Positions 34,556-47,592 of a stretch of 64,000 nucleotides of DNA are shown in pieces (position 1 is the stretch's first letter; each line of letters begins with the position of its first letter). The notes below the pieces were generated by a model. That model did not search any database and was not told where the DNA came from. It saw only the letters and a list, made by a program, of their open reading frames with translations. The translations under genes were made by a program, and so were the position numbers. Source of the stretch: Amoebidium appalachense. Its lineage: Eukaryota > Protista > Ichthyosporea. Where the stretch lies: contig CAVNZM010000009.1 in assembly GCA_963693365.1 (NCBI GenBank), forward strand, positions 8,661,408-8,725,407, read 5' to 3'.

Positions 34556-37500
34556 TGCGCTATAATTTTGTAGTGATGTGTTTCTCAAGCCAATCAATAC
34601 ATCTAATAAACAGGTCGTAGTTACGCGTGTTTAGTATAAAATCAAGGATGTTGTAATTTACAGGTAGGCTATCTTTCTGGGTGTCTGTTGTGAATGTGAC
34701 GTGTGTGTGTTGCGGTATTATGTGGTCTATCAAACTACATTTGGCGATACATGACCGGTTAAACTGGTGTGTGTGTGTGTTGTTTGGGCATGCAAATGAT
34801 GCCACCTTATACTTATTAGATCTCCACTGTATAGCACGTGTACAGTAAAAGCGTGGTAATTGATCAATAATACCATCAGCTAGAGAAAGACCAGTTCTAC
34901 AGGAAGGTAATATGTATTTAGGTGTTATACACTTGCGAGTGCCATATTTGGCAATATGGTTGAGGCGGTCAGTATATATAAAACGAGACATAAGGCTTAG
35001 CTTTTCAAGGTGTATGCTTTCATCGGGTCTAGTGTCGTGTGGTATCTTTTTCCATTTGTTATATTGCGTGATTATCTTGTGATTGTGTACATGTTTAATA
35101 AGTAAGTGGCAGTCCAAAGTCACACACACACTATTGCGGGGTTTATTTGTATTTGTGCCCAGGGGAGAAGGGGAGAGAGAGGGGAGGAAAGAGGGGAGAG
35201 GTGAGGGAGGGGACAGGTCGGATAGAGAAGAGAGGGTGGGAGGGCAAATACTTCTTTAAGCGGCTTATGTGCTTATTGAATTTCAGCGCGAGATAGGATA
35301 CTCTAGCAGCTATTGGGACCAGACCATATATCGAGAGCGTTACAGGCCCAGGTTTACAACAGTTGTTAGATAGAAAGGAGGCAACTTCTGCTTCAAGGAA
35401 ATTTGCCAAGGGTTTAAGCGCTCTAGTTCTCTCTTTCTTGATCCAAGCGGCGAGAAGGGGTAAACCATATTCACATGCCGGGAAGACAAAAGTGCGAATA
35501 AATGTAAGTCTAATAGAAGGATGGAGGGGTGTGTCTTTAAAAATATTAGCCGAGAAGAAAGCTAACCGCTTACGAGCCAACTCTACCCTCTTTTCGACCA
35601 TATGGGGAAACATAACACCAACAGAATCAACCGGAACACCAAGATATTTGTATTCTGGAACTATAGGTACAGGTTTAGATGATAATGTAAATGTGTGTAA
35701 ATTGTTAGCTATATCAGGTACAAGAACACCACATTTGTCTATGTTAAGGATCATAAGGTTTGCCTTGCACCACTCTGACACTACATCGAACAATCTTTGC
35801 AGGCGTCTAGGGGTACGGGCAAGGAGGGACAGATCATCAGCATAGAGAAGTGCAGGCGGAAAGTTATTAATAGGGTCATCGTTTTCGGCGTAAATCTTGA
35901 CAGCCAAATCATCTATAAATAGGTTAAACAAAAAGGGGCTAAGCAATGAACCCTGCAAGAGACCTCTAGTACGAGCAAAACCATATGAAAGATGCCCATT
36001 AACCACAGCTCTACCATAGGTTTGAGACAAGAGTGCTTCTAACAGAACACCAATGCAGTGTGGTACACCCCGTGCAGCAAGCTTTTCCCATAGGAGACCA
36101 GGGGAGACAGAATCGTAAGCAGTTTTCCAATCAATAAAGCCAACATATTGTGCACCAACTTGCATAGAATCGTGCAGTGCCATTATTTGAACATAACATG
36201 AATTGTTTTTACGAAAAGCGGATTGGCATGGGTGTATGTGAAGAATAGATTGAAACCTAGGGTGATGTGCAAATAACCTAAGTAAGCAAGCTTCAAAGAA
36301 TCTACGAACAACCTGGGTTAGTGTAATGGGGCGAAAGGATGATATGGGGCCCTCAGAGTCCTTCTTAACTATGGGGATCACTAAGGTATCTAACCAAGAT
36401 GACGGGACATGTCCACATTTAACACACCAAGAAAAGAGAGAGCTTAACATGATAGTAAGATCAGGTTTAATAGCACGATCACTTTCCTTTTGTGGGTAGG
36501 AGGGAACAAGGATTTTAAGAAACCCAGCAGGGAGTCCATCAGGTCCACAAGACTTACTAGAGCTATAACTAGATATCACAGACCATATGGCATCGGGACT
36601 GAAAAAGGGGAGGATCGATTCTATGGGGATAGATGGGTCTACAGGCCACACAATAGGTTTCTGAGCGGGGGTGGCAGCATTGTGGATATTAGAAAGATAT
36701 CAGAAGAACAATCGAAAAATCCTTTAGATGTCTATTAGATGTCCGATGAGAATGGTTGCGATATACGCGCAAAGAAAATTTTTGTGATCAAGCCAGCTGA
36801 GCAATCGTTGGGAAACCCGCCAATTACTCACACGGGGCATTGCGGGGCTCATTGCGGCCATCTGAATGTGATGGTGGCATGGCCATTTATATAGGGCCAG
36901 GAAATCACTTTTCCGTTCGATTGTGGGACGAAAATCACAAAATGGCAAACCCGATTTTGATTGGTTGTTATTCTTCAAAACGGCATGCTCAGGGTCACCC
37001 AACTGTGATCAGCCAATCACGTTTCATGTTTAATTGAGATTATCGCATACATCTAATGAAGATATGTTTCTGCCATCTTTACGACATCACAACGACCTGA
37101 TCTTCTATGGTCTGATCTTGTACATATCCCACAGGGGTCATAAACATCTCATAATGATATTTGTTAGATAAACACGCAACCACAACGGCCGCAAATAAAA
37201 CTAAATTACCCCATTTGGCAAGTGCCATGTGGCAGAGTGTAAATTGCGAACGTCCGAAACACTAAACACTAGGCAAAATAGAGCAATCTAGTAACTACAT
37301 AGTACCAATTTCGAGCATCGAAGCAGGAAAATGGTTATTTATTGCAATTTTATATTTTGTGTGTTCCGAGGATGTTACCACCTTTGAAGGTTTATTAGCG
37401 CCTGAAAACAATACCTTACTGCATTAGGGCGGGTGCACATCACAGGCACGTGCACATTCTCCGGACACCAGATGATATATCGCAAGATATCCGTACGATA

Positions 37501-37560
37501 TCTAATGTATGTATTGTTGATATCATTCTATTCTCATGCATCGTAGTTATAATGAACGTT
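32787..37560. mobile_element. GATATC-rich CACTA-like terminal region, duplicate (may continue rightwards)
   Basis: Copy of 20964-25719. Confidence 0.48.
34407..36674 (-). mobile_element. LINE duplicate; RT (34560-36651) split by a 1-bp frameshift near 35205
   Basis: Same RT motifs (YADD); poly(T) from 34407. Confidence 0.9.
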
Positions 37561-37725
37561 ACCATTTTATGACTATTTATGATATAAAACGCTAGTTACG
37601 CTTGTGCTTTCTATAACCGGTAACGCACGTTAACATTATGCCTCCGCGCGCGTGAACTACAAAGTATGTGAAAACTGCAACGTAGTGATACACACTCTTC
37701 TTCTGAACCTATGTCGTCAATCATG

Positions 37726-37835
37726 ACACACACACACACACACACACACAGCGAGACACGCACGCTGCCACACACACACACACAAACACACACACACAGA
37801 GAGAGATACACACACACAGACAGACACGTTGCCCT

Positions 37836-37866
<31 letters not shown>

Positions 37867-37899
37867 GCCACACACACACACACACACACAGGCACGTTG

Positions 37900-37981
<82 letters not shown>

Positions 37982-38017
37982 ACACACACGTTACCATGCG
38001 CACCTACCCCCCCCCCC

Positions 38018-38048
<31 letters not shown>

Positions 38049-38115
38049 ACACGTACATACACACACCCAAACACATGCCCGTGTGCACGTACATCGGTAG
38101 ACACGAACGCGCGAG

Positions 38116-38147
<32 letters not shown>

Positions 38148-38150
38148 GTG
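37726..38150. repeat. (CA)n-rich compound microsatellite with CACGTTGC interruptions and a C-run
   Basis: Direct observation. Confidence 0.9.
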
Positions 38151-38258
38151 TTCACATAAAGACAGGGTACACCACGGTTGCCTCGATATTCCTCTGTTCT
38201 TTATCTACACATTCTCGGCTCACTCTCCCGTTCATAAAATATCTCCTCCTTTGTAGCA

Positions 38259-40170
38259 CCTTGTAGCATAGTATATGTACATATGTTACCTAGACATTAT
38301 TGGTTTTTCAATAACTACCCACAGAACAGCCTCTAGCACGAGAAATTTACCACAACGTTTATGGGGGGGATGGTAAATGTGCCCCTGGAGTACGAGGGTC
38401 ACACGAAAAAAACACAACCTTGTAGCTCGAATAGAACCCCCCTTGTAGCATAGTATAAGTACATGTGTTACCTAGACATTATTTGTTTTTTCAATAACTA
38501 CCCACAGAACAGCTTCTAGCACGAGAGCTTAACCACAAAGTTTTTGGGGGGGATGGTGAATGTGCCCCTGGAGTACGAGGGTCACACGAAAAAAACACAA
38601 CGTTGTAGCTCGTATAGAACCCCCCTTGTAGCATAGTATATGTACATAGTATGTTACCTAGACATTATTGGTTTTTTCAATAACTACCCACAGAACAGCT
38701 TCTAGCACGAGACATTTACCACAAAGTTTATGGGGGAGATGGTGAATGTGCCCCTGGAGTACGAGGGTCACACGAAAAAAACACAATGTTGTAGCTCGAA
38801 TAGACCCCCCTTGTAGCATAGTATATGTCCATGTGTTACCTAGACATTATTGGTTGTTTCAATAACTACCCACAGAACAGCTTCTAGCACGAGACATTTA
38901 CCACAACGTGTATGGGGGGGATGTTGAATGTGCCCCTGGAGTACAAGGGTCACACGAAAAAAACACAACGTTGTAGCTCGTATAGAACCCCCCTTGTAGC
39001 ATAGTATATGTACATAGTATGTTACCTAGACATTATTGGTTTTTTCAATAACTACCCACAGAACAGCTTCTAGCACGAGAGCTTTACCACAACGTTTATG
39101 GGGGGGATGGTGAATGTGCCCCTGGAGTACGAGGGTCACACGAAAAAAACACAACGTTGTAGCTCGTATAGAACCCCCCTTGTAGCATAGTATATGTACA
39201 TATGTTACCTAGACATTATTGGTTTTTCAATAGCTACCCACAGAACAGCCTCTAGCACGAGAGATTTACCACAAAGTTTATGGGGTGGATGGTGAATGTG
39301 CCCCTGGAGTACGAGGGTCACACGAAAAAAACACAACATTGTAGCTCGAATAGAACCCCCCTTGTAGCATAGTATAAGTACATGTGTTACCTAGACATTA
39401 TTCGTTTTTTCAATAACTACCCACAGAACAGCTTCTAGCACGAGAGCTTTACCACAACGTGTATGGGGGGGATGGTGAATGTGCCCCTGGAGTACGAGGG
39501 TCACACGAAAAAAGCACAACGTTGTAGCTCGTATAGAACCCCCCTTGTAGCATAGTATATGTACATAGTATGTTACCTAGACATTATTGGTTTTTTCAAT
39601 AACTACCCACAGAACAGCTTCTAGCACGAGAGCTTTACCACAACGTTTATGGGGGGGATGGTGAATGTGCCCCTGGAGTACGAGGGTCACACGAAAAAAA
39701 CACAACGTTGTAGCTCGTATAGAACCCCCCTTGTAGCATAGTATATGTACATATATATGTTACCTAGGCATTATTGGTTTTTCAATAACTACCCACAGAA
39801 CAGCCTCTAGGACGAGAGATTTACCACAACGTTTATGGGGTGGATGGTGAATGTGCCCCTGGAGTACGAGGGGCACACGAAAAAAACACAACATTGTAGC
39901 TCGAATAGAACCCCCCTTGTAGCATAGCATATGTACATGTGTTACCTAGACATTATTCGTTTTTTCAATAACTACCCACAGAACAGCTTCTAGCACGAGA
40001 ACTTTACCACAAAGTTTATGGGGGGGATGGCGAATGTGCCCCTGGAGTACGAGGGTCACACGAAAAAAACACAACGTTGTAGCTCGTATAGAACCCCCTT
40101 TGTAGCATAGTATATGTACATCATACGGTATGTTACCTAGACATTATTGGTTTTTTCAATAACTACCCAC
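38259..40170. repeat. Satellite array, ~183-bp unit, ~10.5 copies
   Basis: TTGTAGCATAG recurs at 38261, 38443, 38626, 38811, 38994, 39180, 39362, 39545, 39731, 39917 and 40100. Confidence 0.95.
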
Positions 40171-40281
40171 ATGCGGCATGTGTTACTTTCACGTTATTGG
40201 TTTCCTAGCACGGGATATTCAGCACACAGTTGGGGATGTGGGGGCAGTGTACACCTCAATATTGGTAAGGTGGTGGGTGGG

Positions 40282-40321
<40 letters not shown>

Positions 40322-40795
40322 CCACACAACCGAAACTGTCGGTGTTACAAGTGGTTCGGTCTTAAGAAGTTAGAACGGTGATTTTTTAATTAATAGCGGG
40401 AAACAATATTATCCCCATTGCATATGGGGGGAACGAGGAGGGGGGGGGAGGGGGGGGGGGGGGGGGGGTTCACAACGAATTCTATCGACTGTGCATAATT
40501 AATGTATATTGCACATGTAGCCTGAAAGATTAAAGTGAATGTGTGTATGTATATGTGCGAGTATATTTGTGTATGCAATACATGTACAATGTTTTCGTCT
40601 TTGTAGGTGGGTGGGTGGGGTGGGTGGGGGGGGGGGGGGGGGGGGGGGGGTGCGCGGGGGGGAAGAGGGAGGGGGGAGGGGGCATCATGATCAGGGATAA
40701 CAGGGTGTGTGCGTGTGTGCGCTTGTGTGTGCATGTGCTGTGTGTGTTGTGTAGGTGTGCGCCTGTGTGTGTGTGCGTGCCTGTGTGTGCGCGCC

Positions 40796-40827
<32 letters not shown>

Positions 40828-40863
40828 GTGCATGTGTGAGTGTGTGTGCGTGCGCGCGTGCGC

Positions 40864-40894
<31 letters not shown>

Positions 40895-41205
40895 TGTGTG
40901 ATTTCAAAGAAGTCGAAAGCGCCAGTGACACCCATGTTGAAAAAAAGACAAGCAAGCACGCTAAGAAGGACAGCAAGAAGTAACAGAAACCCTTTCATGC
41001 CGAAAAAATGGTCAAGAACAAAGAAGTGGAGGACACGTAACTATAGTCTGATAGTTGTGACTAAGGGCACTAAGGGTAGCGCTAAGGGCACCATTGCTTC
41101 ATTCTGATTGGTTGTCACACCACGGGGTTTCCCGATTGTTCTTCCAATGACATTTTCTATCACTATCGACAGTTCTCCAACATTAGAACAGAAAACGGTT
41201 TATAC

Positions 41206-41316
41206 CCAGATGGCCAGATGGCCAGATCAAATTCAGTGTGTGAAAAGAGGTGGATAAAACGGGATAAAACGGGATAAAACGGGGAGTCAAAATGATCTGG
41301 CCATCTGGCCATGTGG
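41206..41316. repeat. Inverted repeat (TGGCCAGA-based arms) flanking three GGATAAAACG direct repeats
   Basis: Arms at 41206-41229 and 41293-41316 match at 23 of 24 positions. Confidence 0.85.
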
Positions 41317-41562
41317 CCATATAATAGCAAATCACTAGCATGTAAGACACTCACTGCCACCACTGGGGGGCTTGGTTCCGGCAGGACGGGAGGCAGGGGG
41401 GCTGGGGGGAGGGGGAGGCAGAGGAGGCAGAGGAGCAGGCGAGACTGGCGAGCCACTCACAGCGTGGATAAATAATATGTATGCATATTAAGACACTCAC
41501 TGCAACCACTGGGGGGCCTGGTTCCGGCAGGAGGGGGGGCAGGGGGGGGGGGGGCTGGTTTT

Positions 41563-42045
41563 TTATGTGGGCTTGTGCTTATGGCAATGGGTCGTAGATT
41601 TCACCCTGTTTTTGCAGGGATTGCCAGCCTTGGTTTTGCCCTGGCAGTACCCATTTTCCCTGCCCACACCCACTGCTGCAGCTACAACCGGTGGCTGTGG
41701 TGCACCCATGGGTGGATCCGGAGTGGACACAGTTGGCACGGGTACCCCGGTGCGCTCAGTGCGAGGGCGCTGTATTTCTGCGACTGTAAAGGCGGCCACG
41801 AGGTCGTCCAGCAGGAGGTTTGCATGAGCATAGTCCCCGGCCTTGTGGGTGTGGAGGATGTTGATGGTGTTGTCGCTGTAGAGGAGGACACCGGTGGCAG
41901 GGGCAAAGCATACCCAGGGCTTGAAGCCGTCCTTGTGGTATGGGCATGTTTTCTTTTTGTTTTTGCACTGGGCTTTTTTTGAGGGTGCAAATGCAGGGCA
42001 TCGTTCGGGGTCAACCGAATCGGGGCGCAAAAGTGCGTCTCCCAT
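41563..42045 (-). CDS. Small intronless protein with two C-x-C-x-C-x-H zinc-finger-like motifs (DUF5763-like, common in large DNA viruses)
   Basis: RCPAFAPSKKAQCKNKKKTCPYH and CQGKTKAGNPCKNRVKSTTHCHKH; likely start MGDALL at 42045. Confidence 0.65.
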   Translation of the reverse strand: MGDALLRPDSVDPERCPAFAPSKKAQCKNKKKTCPYHKDGFKPWVCFAPATGVLLYSDNTINILHTHKAGDYAHANLLLDDLVAAFTVAEIQRPRTERTGVPVPTVSTPDPPMGAPQPPVVAAAVGVGRENGYCQGKTKAGNPCKNRVKSTTHCHKHKPT

Positions 42046-42258
42046 TTCTAGTGTTTTGTTTTGGTGTGCACTGTTCTTGGATTGGGGTGAAGTGAGACAA
42101 AAAGTAAAAGCGAGTACTTTTGGAGAGAGGGGTACTGGTAAAACACAAGAGCAACTGAGACAACACGGCATCAAGAGTTTGTTACAGGCAAGATCTCAGA
42201 GAGGTCACTTTTGGGGTGTAACACGTCGGATACTGAAAGTTTTGTGAGGTACACGTAC

Positions 42259-42531
42259 ATGTTCGACAGCACGGTCACCACAGGCATTCTTTATGTGATA
42301 TCTATATGCAGTGTCGTTGCAAATATACACTGGTACAATTTAATGAAGTCCGAACCGAATGCTAGAGAGAAAGTGAACAAAATGTATCTGGTGTACGTCA
42401 GCGCTGCTATTGTCCTCACATGTTTATTGGTTACACCATTGATGTATGCAGTCATATACTATTTCAATAAGAAGACGGGTGCTGCGGAGTACGACACCAC
42501 TCTGAGACAAACAAGTCACTCGGACTTTTAA
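42259..42531 (+). CDS. Small two-transmembrane-helix hypothetical protein
   Basis: MFDST start; hydrophobic stretches GILYVISICSVVA and YLVYVSAAIVLTCLLVTPLMYAVIYYF; divergent from 41563-42045. Confidence 0.5.
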   Translation: MFDSTVTTGILYVISICSVVANIHWYNLMKSEPNAREKVNKMYLVYVSAAIVLTCLLVTPLMYAVIYYFNKKTGAAEYDTTLRQTSHSDF

Positions 42532-42554
42532 TCCGATTGACATGTCACCGCGCC

Positions 42555-43478
42555 AGCGCTGCATACAAAAGACCCAAAGTGGAGTATACGACAATCCCAG
42601 CGCCAGCGCTTCATACCCAAAGTGGATACAATAAAAAGACAGTTGCTGTGTGTGCAAAGCTGTGTGTGCAAAAAGAGGGGAAATAAGCGCTGCATACAAA
42701 AAGACCCAAAGTGGAGTATACGACAATCCCAGCGCCAGCGCTTCATACCCAAAGTGGATACAATAAAAAGACAGTTGCTGTGTGTGCAAAGCTATGTGTG
42801 CAAAAAGAGGGGAAATAAGCGCTGCATACAAAAAGACCCAAAGTGGAGTATACGACAATCCCAGCGCCAGCGCTTCATACCCAAAGTGGATACAATAAAA
42901 AGACAGTTGCTGTGTGTGCAAAGCTCTGTGTGCAAAAAGAGGGGAAATAAGCGCTGCATACAAAAAGACCCAAAGTGGAGTATACGACAATCCCAGCGCC
43001 AGCGCTTCATACCCAAAGTGGATACAATAAAAAGACAGTTGCTGTGTGTGCAAAGCTGTGTGTGCAAAAAGAGGGGAAATAAGCGCTGCATACAAAAAGA
43101 CCCAAAGTGGAGTACACGACAATCCCAGCGCCAGCGCTTCATACCCAAAGTGGATACAATAAAAAGACAGTTGCTGTGTGTGCAAAGCTGTGTGTGCAAA
43201 AAGAGGGGAAATAAGCGCTGCATACAAAAAGACCCAAAGTGGAGTACACGACAATCCCAGCGCCAGCGCTTCATACCCAAAGTGGATACAATAAAAAGAC
43301 AGTTGCTGTGTGTGCAAAGCTGTGTGTGCAAAAAGAGGGGAAATAAGCGCTGCATACAAAAAGACCCAAAGTGGAGTACACGACAATCCCAGCGCCAGCG
43401 CTTCATACCCAAAGTGGATACAATAAAAAGACAGTTGCTGTGTGTGCAAAGCTGTGTGTGCAAAAAGAGGGGAAATAA
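42555..43478. repeat. Tandem repeat, 126-bp unit, ~7.3 near-identical copies
   Basis: AGCGCTGCATACAAAAAGACCC recurs every 126 bp. Confidence 0.95.
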
Positions 43479-43486
43479 ATACTTTA

Positions 43487-44220
43487 AACGTGCATGCAAT
43501 ATACATCGATAGACTTATGAAAGCACACAAACTGTGTGCCACACGGGCATGCATGCATGAGGGAGTGTGGGGTGGGGGGGGGGGGGGGAGACTTTGAACG
43601 TGCATGCAATAGACTTATGAAAGCACACAAACTGTGTGCCACACGGGCATGCATGCATGAGGGAGTGTGGGGTGGGGGGGGGGAGACCTTGAACGTGCAT
43701 GCAATAGACTTATGAAAGCACACAAACTGTGTGCCACACGGGCATGCATGCATGAGGGAGTGTGGGGTGGGGGGGGGGGGGGGAGACTTTGAACGTGCAT
43801 GCAATAGACTTATGAAAGCACACAAACTGTGTGCCACACGGGCATGCATGCATGAGGGAGTGTGGGGTGGGGTGGGGGGGGGGGGGGGGGAGACTTTGAA
43901 CGTGCATGCAATAGACTTATGAAAGCACACAAACTGTGTGCCACACGGGCATGCATGCATGAGGGAGTGTGGGGTGGGGGGGGGGGGGGGAGACTTTGAA
44001 CGTGCATGCAATAGACTTATGAAAGCACACAAACTGTGTGCCACACGGGCATGCATGCATGAGGGAGTGTGGGGTGGGGTGGGGGGGGGGGGGAGACTTT
44101 GAACGTGCATGCAATAGACTTATGAAAGCACACAAACTGTGTGCCACACGGGCATGCATGCATGAGGGAGTGTGGGGGGGGGGGGGGGGGGGGGGAGACT
44201 TTGAACGTGCATGCAATAGA
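43487..44220. repeat. Tandem repeat, ~100-bp unit with a variable G-run, 7 copies
   Basis: AACGTGCATGCAATAGACTTATGAAAGCACAC recurs. Confidence 0.95.
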
Positions 44221-44282
44221 CCTGAAAAGCAAGTGTGTACCAAAAGGGACCTGGACTTCTTTGTATACAATCGATATTTAAT

Positions 44283-44412
44283 CGGTTGAAAACAGCAAAA
44301 CAAGACTTGTACATATATAATAACCACAAGATACTAAACCATCCAGACCGGTTGAAAACAGCAAAACAAGACTTGTACATATATAATAACCACAAGATAC
44401 TAAACCATCCAG
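44283..44412. repeat. 65-bp tandem duplication
   Basis: CGGTTGAAAACAGC...AAACCATCCAGA occurs twice. Confidence 0.9.
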
Positions 44413-44577
44413 AACCAGAAAAAACAAGATGCCTACATGCTATGATCCATAAGATGCTCGTTAACATAAATACAGAAACCGTAAGATGTTACCAGTATCA
44501 ACAGTCATATATTAAAATACCCCAGCCCCTGACACATACAACAAAATCAAAACACACCCCTCACCACTCCCAACCTC

Positions 44578-45928
44578 CTATTCTTGTTCGTTTTCATCAC
44601 TGTCCCCGTGAATAACATGTACATCTGAAACTTGCTTTGCTCGTGTCCTGCCACTGCGGGCAGGGGCTGGTTTCTGACTCGGTTTTGGTTTCCTTGCTCG
44701 ACCACGTTCTTTCCCTTTCTTCCCCTCGACCTTCTCGCCCATACCGATCATGTCCTCCAATTCCTCATCTATTGCCGTCTCAAATTCCGTCTCTTCCTGG
44801 CGCTGCCGTTTGTACGCATCGAAAGAAATATCTGACACTCCTCTCTTTGAACCCTGGGAAAATGCAGGGGGGTTCGACATCATGGAGGGAAGAGAGGCAC
44901 CAAAAGATGTTTTGTTTTGCAGAGTGCGGGATTGGGAAAAAGTGCTGGTAACGGCGACGAGGGACGGATTGAAGGGGGGTACGGGCATGACAGAGGGGAA
45001 ACCGGGTGGGGGGAGGGCGAGAAGGGGCAGGGGGAGGTTGAGGGGGGTTTTGGGTTGAGTGGTACCGGGTGGGGGGAGGGTGGGGATGGGATTTTGATTG
45101 GTTGTACCAGGGGGGGGGAGGGGGGGGGCGAGACCGTGTTGGATGGTAATGTCGGGGAGGGGCTGGGGGTCATCTTTCCACCCACGAAGTTTCTGTGTGC
45201 TCTCGTCGATTGTTCTACGGTATGACTCCCTCATGGTAGCAATATGCGACTGAAGCCTGGCAACATCGGCCCGGTATGTTTCCCTTTCAGTCTGATGTTC
45301 CAGGATCTCGGCCACCTTTCTAACAAGCTGCCCTTCGAGGTCCCGATTCTTTTCCGTTAACACCTGTTCCTTTGCATCTGCAAGGTGTTTTTGTTTGGCC
45401 GCCGCCGATTTTAGCTCGGCAATTTCCTCCTTAAGGATTTGGATGTCGTGATCCTTCGTTTGTAATTCTTTCTCTGCGGCTTCCAGCTTCTCCTGCAATT
45501 CGGTGGTTGGGGTGGTGACAGCGGGTGCAGTGGTCGCAGTACCGACCTTTGCCAATGCAGAGGCAATGGCACTGTCTACTTTCGACTTCAACACAGTCTC
45601 CAAGTACTCTTCGAACATTTTTGGATCGACGGGAGCAGCGGATACCGACTGGGGGGGCTTGGATACGATGGTGTCGCCGGGGTGTGGGGGGTTGTTGGAT
45701 GGGGGGGGGGGTTTCGCCGCCGGAGTGTGTGGGGGTTTTGGATGTGGGGAGGGTATGGCCGCCGGAGTGTGGGGGGGTTTTGGATGTGGGGAGGGTATGG
45801 CCGCCGGAGTGTGGGGGGGTTTTGGATGTGGGGAGGGTTTCCAATACGACGGGGTCGGCGGACTTGCTGATGTCGGATTCAGGGATAACGTATGACCCCG
45901 ACCCGGGAGTTTGCTGGGAATAATCCAT
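44578..45928 (-). CDS. Orphan coiled-coil, Pro-rich protein with a basic C-terminus (one gene, frameshift in the G-run at ~45700)
   Basis: ORF 45431-46141 from MDYSQQ (with three TLPTSKTPPHSGGH repeats) joins ORF 44578-45618 (heptad-rich ELQEKLEAAEKEL..., NLS-like KKGKERGRARKPK). Confidence 0.6.
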
Positions 45929-45949
45929 CGTGACAGTTTTCACAAAAAA

Positions 45950-46235
45950 AAGGATAAGCAAAGGGAAAAAAAGAAAGGAAGTCTTACGTTTCTCTGCGCA
46001 AACACAGTCGTGTGCAAACCCAGTCGTGAACAAGAGAAAAAGGAAAAAAAAGGAAGTGCTACGAATACGATTCTCTGTTGTGAACAAAGGAAAAAGTAAA
46101 AAAAAAAGAGTGTTACGTTTCGCAAACACAGTCGTGTGCAAACCCAGTCGTGAACAAGAGAAAAAGAAAAAAAAAAGAGAGTGTTACGTTTCTCTAGGCA
46201 AACACCGTCGTGTGCAAACACAGCCATGAACAAAA
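45950..46235. repeat. Degenerate ~60/120-bp repeats (CAAACACAGTCGTGTGCAAACCCAGTCGTGAACAA) upstream of the coiled-coil gene
   Basis: Direct observation. Confidence 0.8.
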
Positions 46236-47400
46236 GAATCAGAAAAGTAGAAAATGACAGCGCTGTGAAGCGCCATCAATTATTTATATGAAGCCATTGC
46301 GCAAAATACGATCTTATGCTACGAGAATCAAGCATAAGAAATAACAGAACTTTTTGGCGCTGTTAGTGAATATATCTCTAATCGTGTTTGGTTCACAGGT
46401 AAACTGTATAAAAAAGATGAATATACGAAATAAAAATATAATATACAGGACAAAACGAGCGCTAGTTTAAAACATCGAAGGATATACGCTTTCACAACAT
46501 CTTATTCGCGGGCCTTTTTGCGTGCAAGCGTTTTGATTGGTGCATAGGGGTTGGTTCTTTGCCCCACGTGATTCGCGGCGCTGATGCTCAGGGTAATCTG
46601 ATTGACCGAAATCGAAGCATCGGATTCAAATTGGGCAAATACAAAACGCTTTCCAACCAAAATCCCAAGCGCATGGTTGTTTATTTCTAGAACCTTATAT
46701 GTCATATAACATATAACCCTCTTTTAGGATTTCCCTTATTCCTTGCTCAGTCATAACGCTCCAGGGTCGGTGCTGCTATCAGTCACTAATTTCATTGGCC
46801 AGTCATCACGTACATGCGCCAGCCAACAAAACCAATCGGTGATTGGTGAATAATGGTTGGGTCGTGTTCAAAGTGATCGAGCACTGGTACTCTAGGCAAG
46901 CGCTTGTCGGCATTGGTACAATCTAGTTGGTCAATACGCCGTGACTCAAGGCTGCAACGCTTTTCGAAGATCAGATTCACAGGACCCTTTCCAGACAAAG
47001 TTCCAAGCAAATGTCTGTGTCCGCGTAAAGTATAAATAAACATAAATAAATTATGCTTTTTTAATATTTATTGCCTATTAGAATAAATCACAATTGTTAC
47101 TTCGCAAAAGGGTCTTGGTTGGGCAGGCTGGCCTGCTACCCAAACTATTATTAGCCGATCTCACTGATTAGCTTATTATCACGTACGCGCCAATCAGTGA
47201 TTCCATTGGCCAAACCGAACAAAACATTAATTGGCCAGTCATCAATGACGTGATTTTCTTGCTTGCTTCAAGCTTTGCGAAATGAGAATATATGTTCAAC
47301 ACTCTCTTTGCGCTCTATATATATAAAAAGTGTGTAAACCCCTATATACAACGGAGAAATTACAAGAGTCCATCTTGATTCCCGAACGAACAAATATAAC

Positions 47401-47592
47401 CAAGCGCGCCACACCAATTCGTGTCACTTTCGCCCAGCGCTGCTGTTGTGCATGTTTCAAACATAATCAAGCGCACCACACCAGTTCGTGTCACTTTCGC
47501 CCAGCGCTGCTGTTGTGCATGTTTCAAACATAATCAAGCGCACCACACCAGTTCGTGTCACTTTCGCCCGGCGCTGCTGTTGTACATGTTTC
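47401..47592. repeat. 69-bp tandem repeat, ~2.8 copies, just downstream of a TATA/CCAAT-rich segment
   Basis: CAAGCGCACCACACCAGTTCGTGTCACTTTCGCCC occurs three times. Confidence 0.9.

Larger units (their letters stand above)
13891..37538. repeat. Tandem duplication with an ~11.83-kb unit (13891-25719 and 25720-37538)
   Basis: ORFs repeat at an offset of 11829. The junction TTCTCATG-CA-CCACAGG has 2-bp microhomology. Few substitutions or indels between copies. Confidence 0.95.

Noticed and set aside
42424-43605. 393-aa, 296-aa and 235-aa repeat proteins
   Set aside because: The 126-bp unit is open in several frames on both strands; there is no evidence favouring any one frame.
38259-44220. 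CRISPR-like arrays
   Set aside because: Units repeat in full with no unique spacers, there are no cas genes, and the context is eukaryotic.
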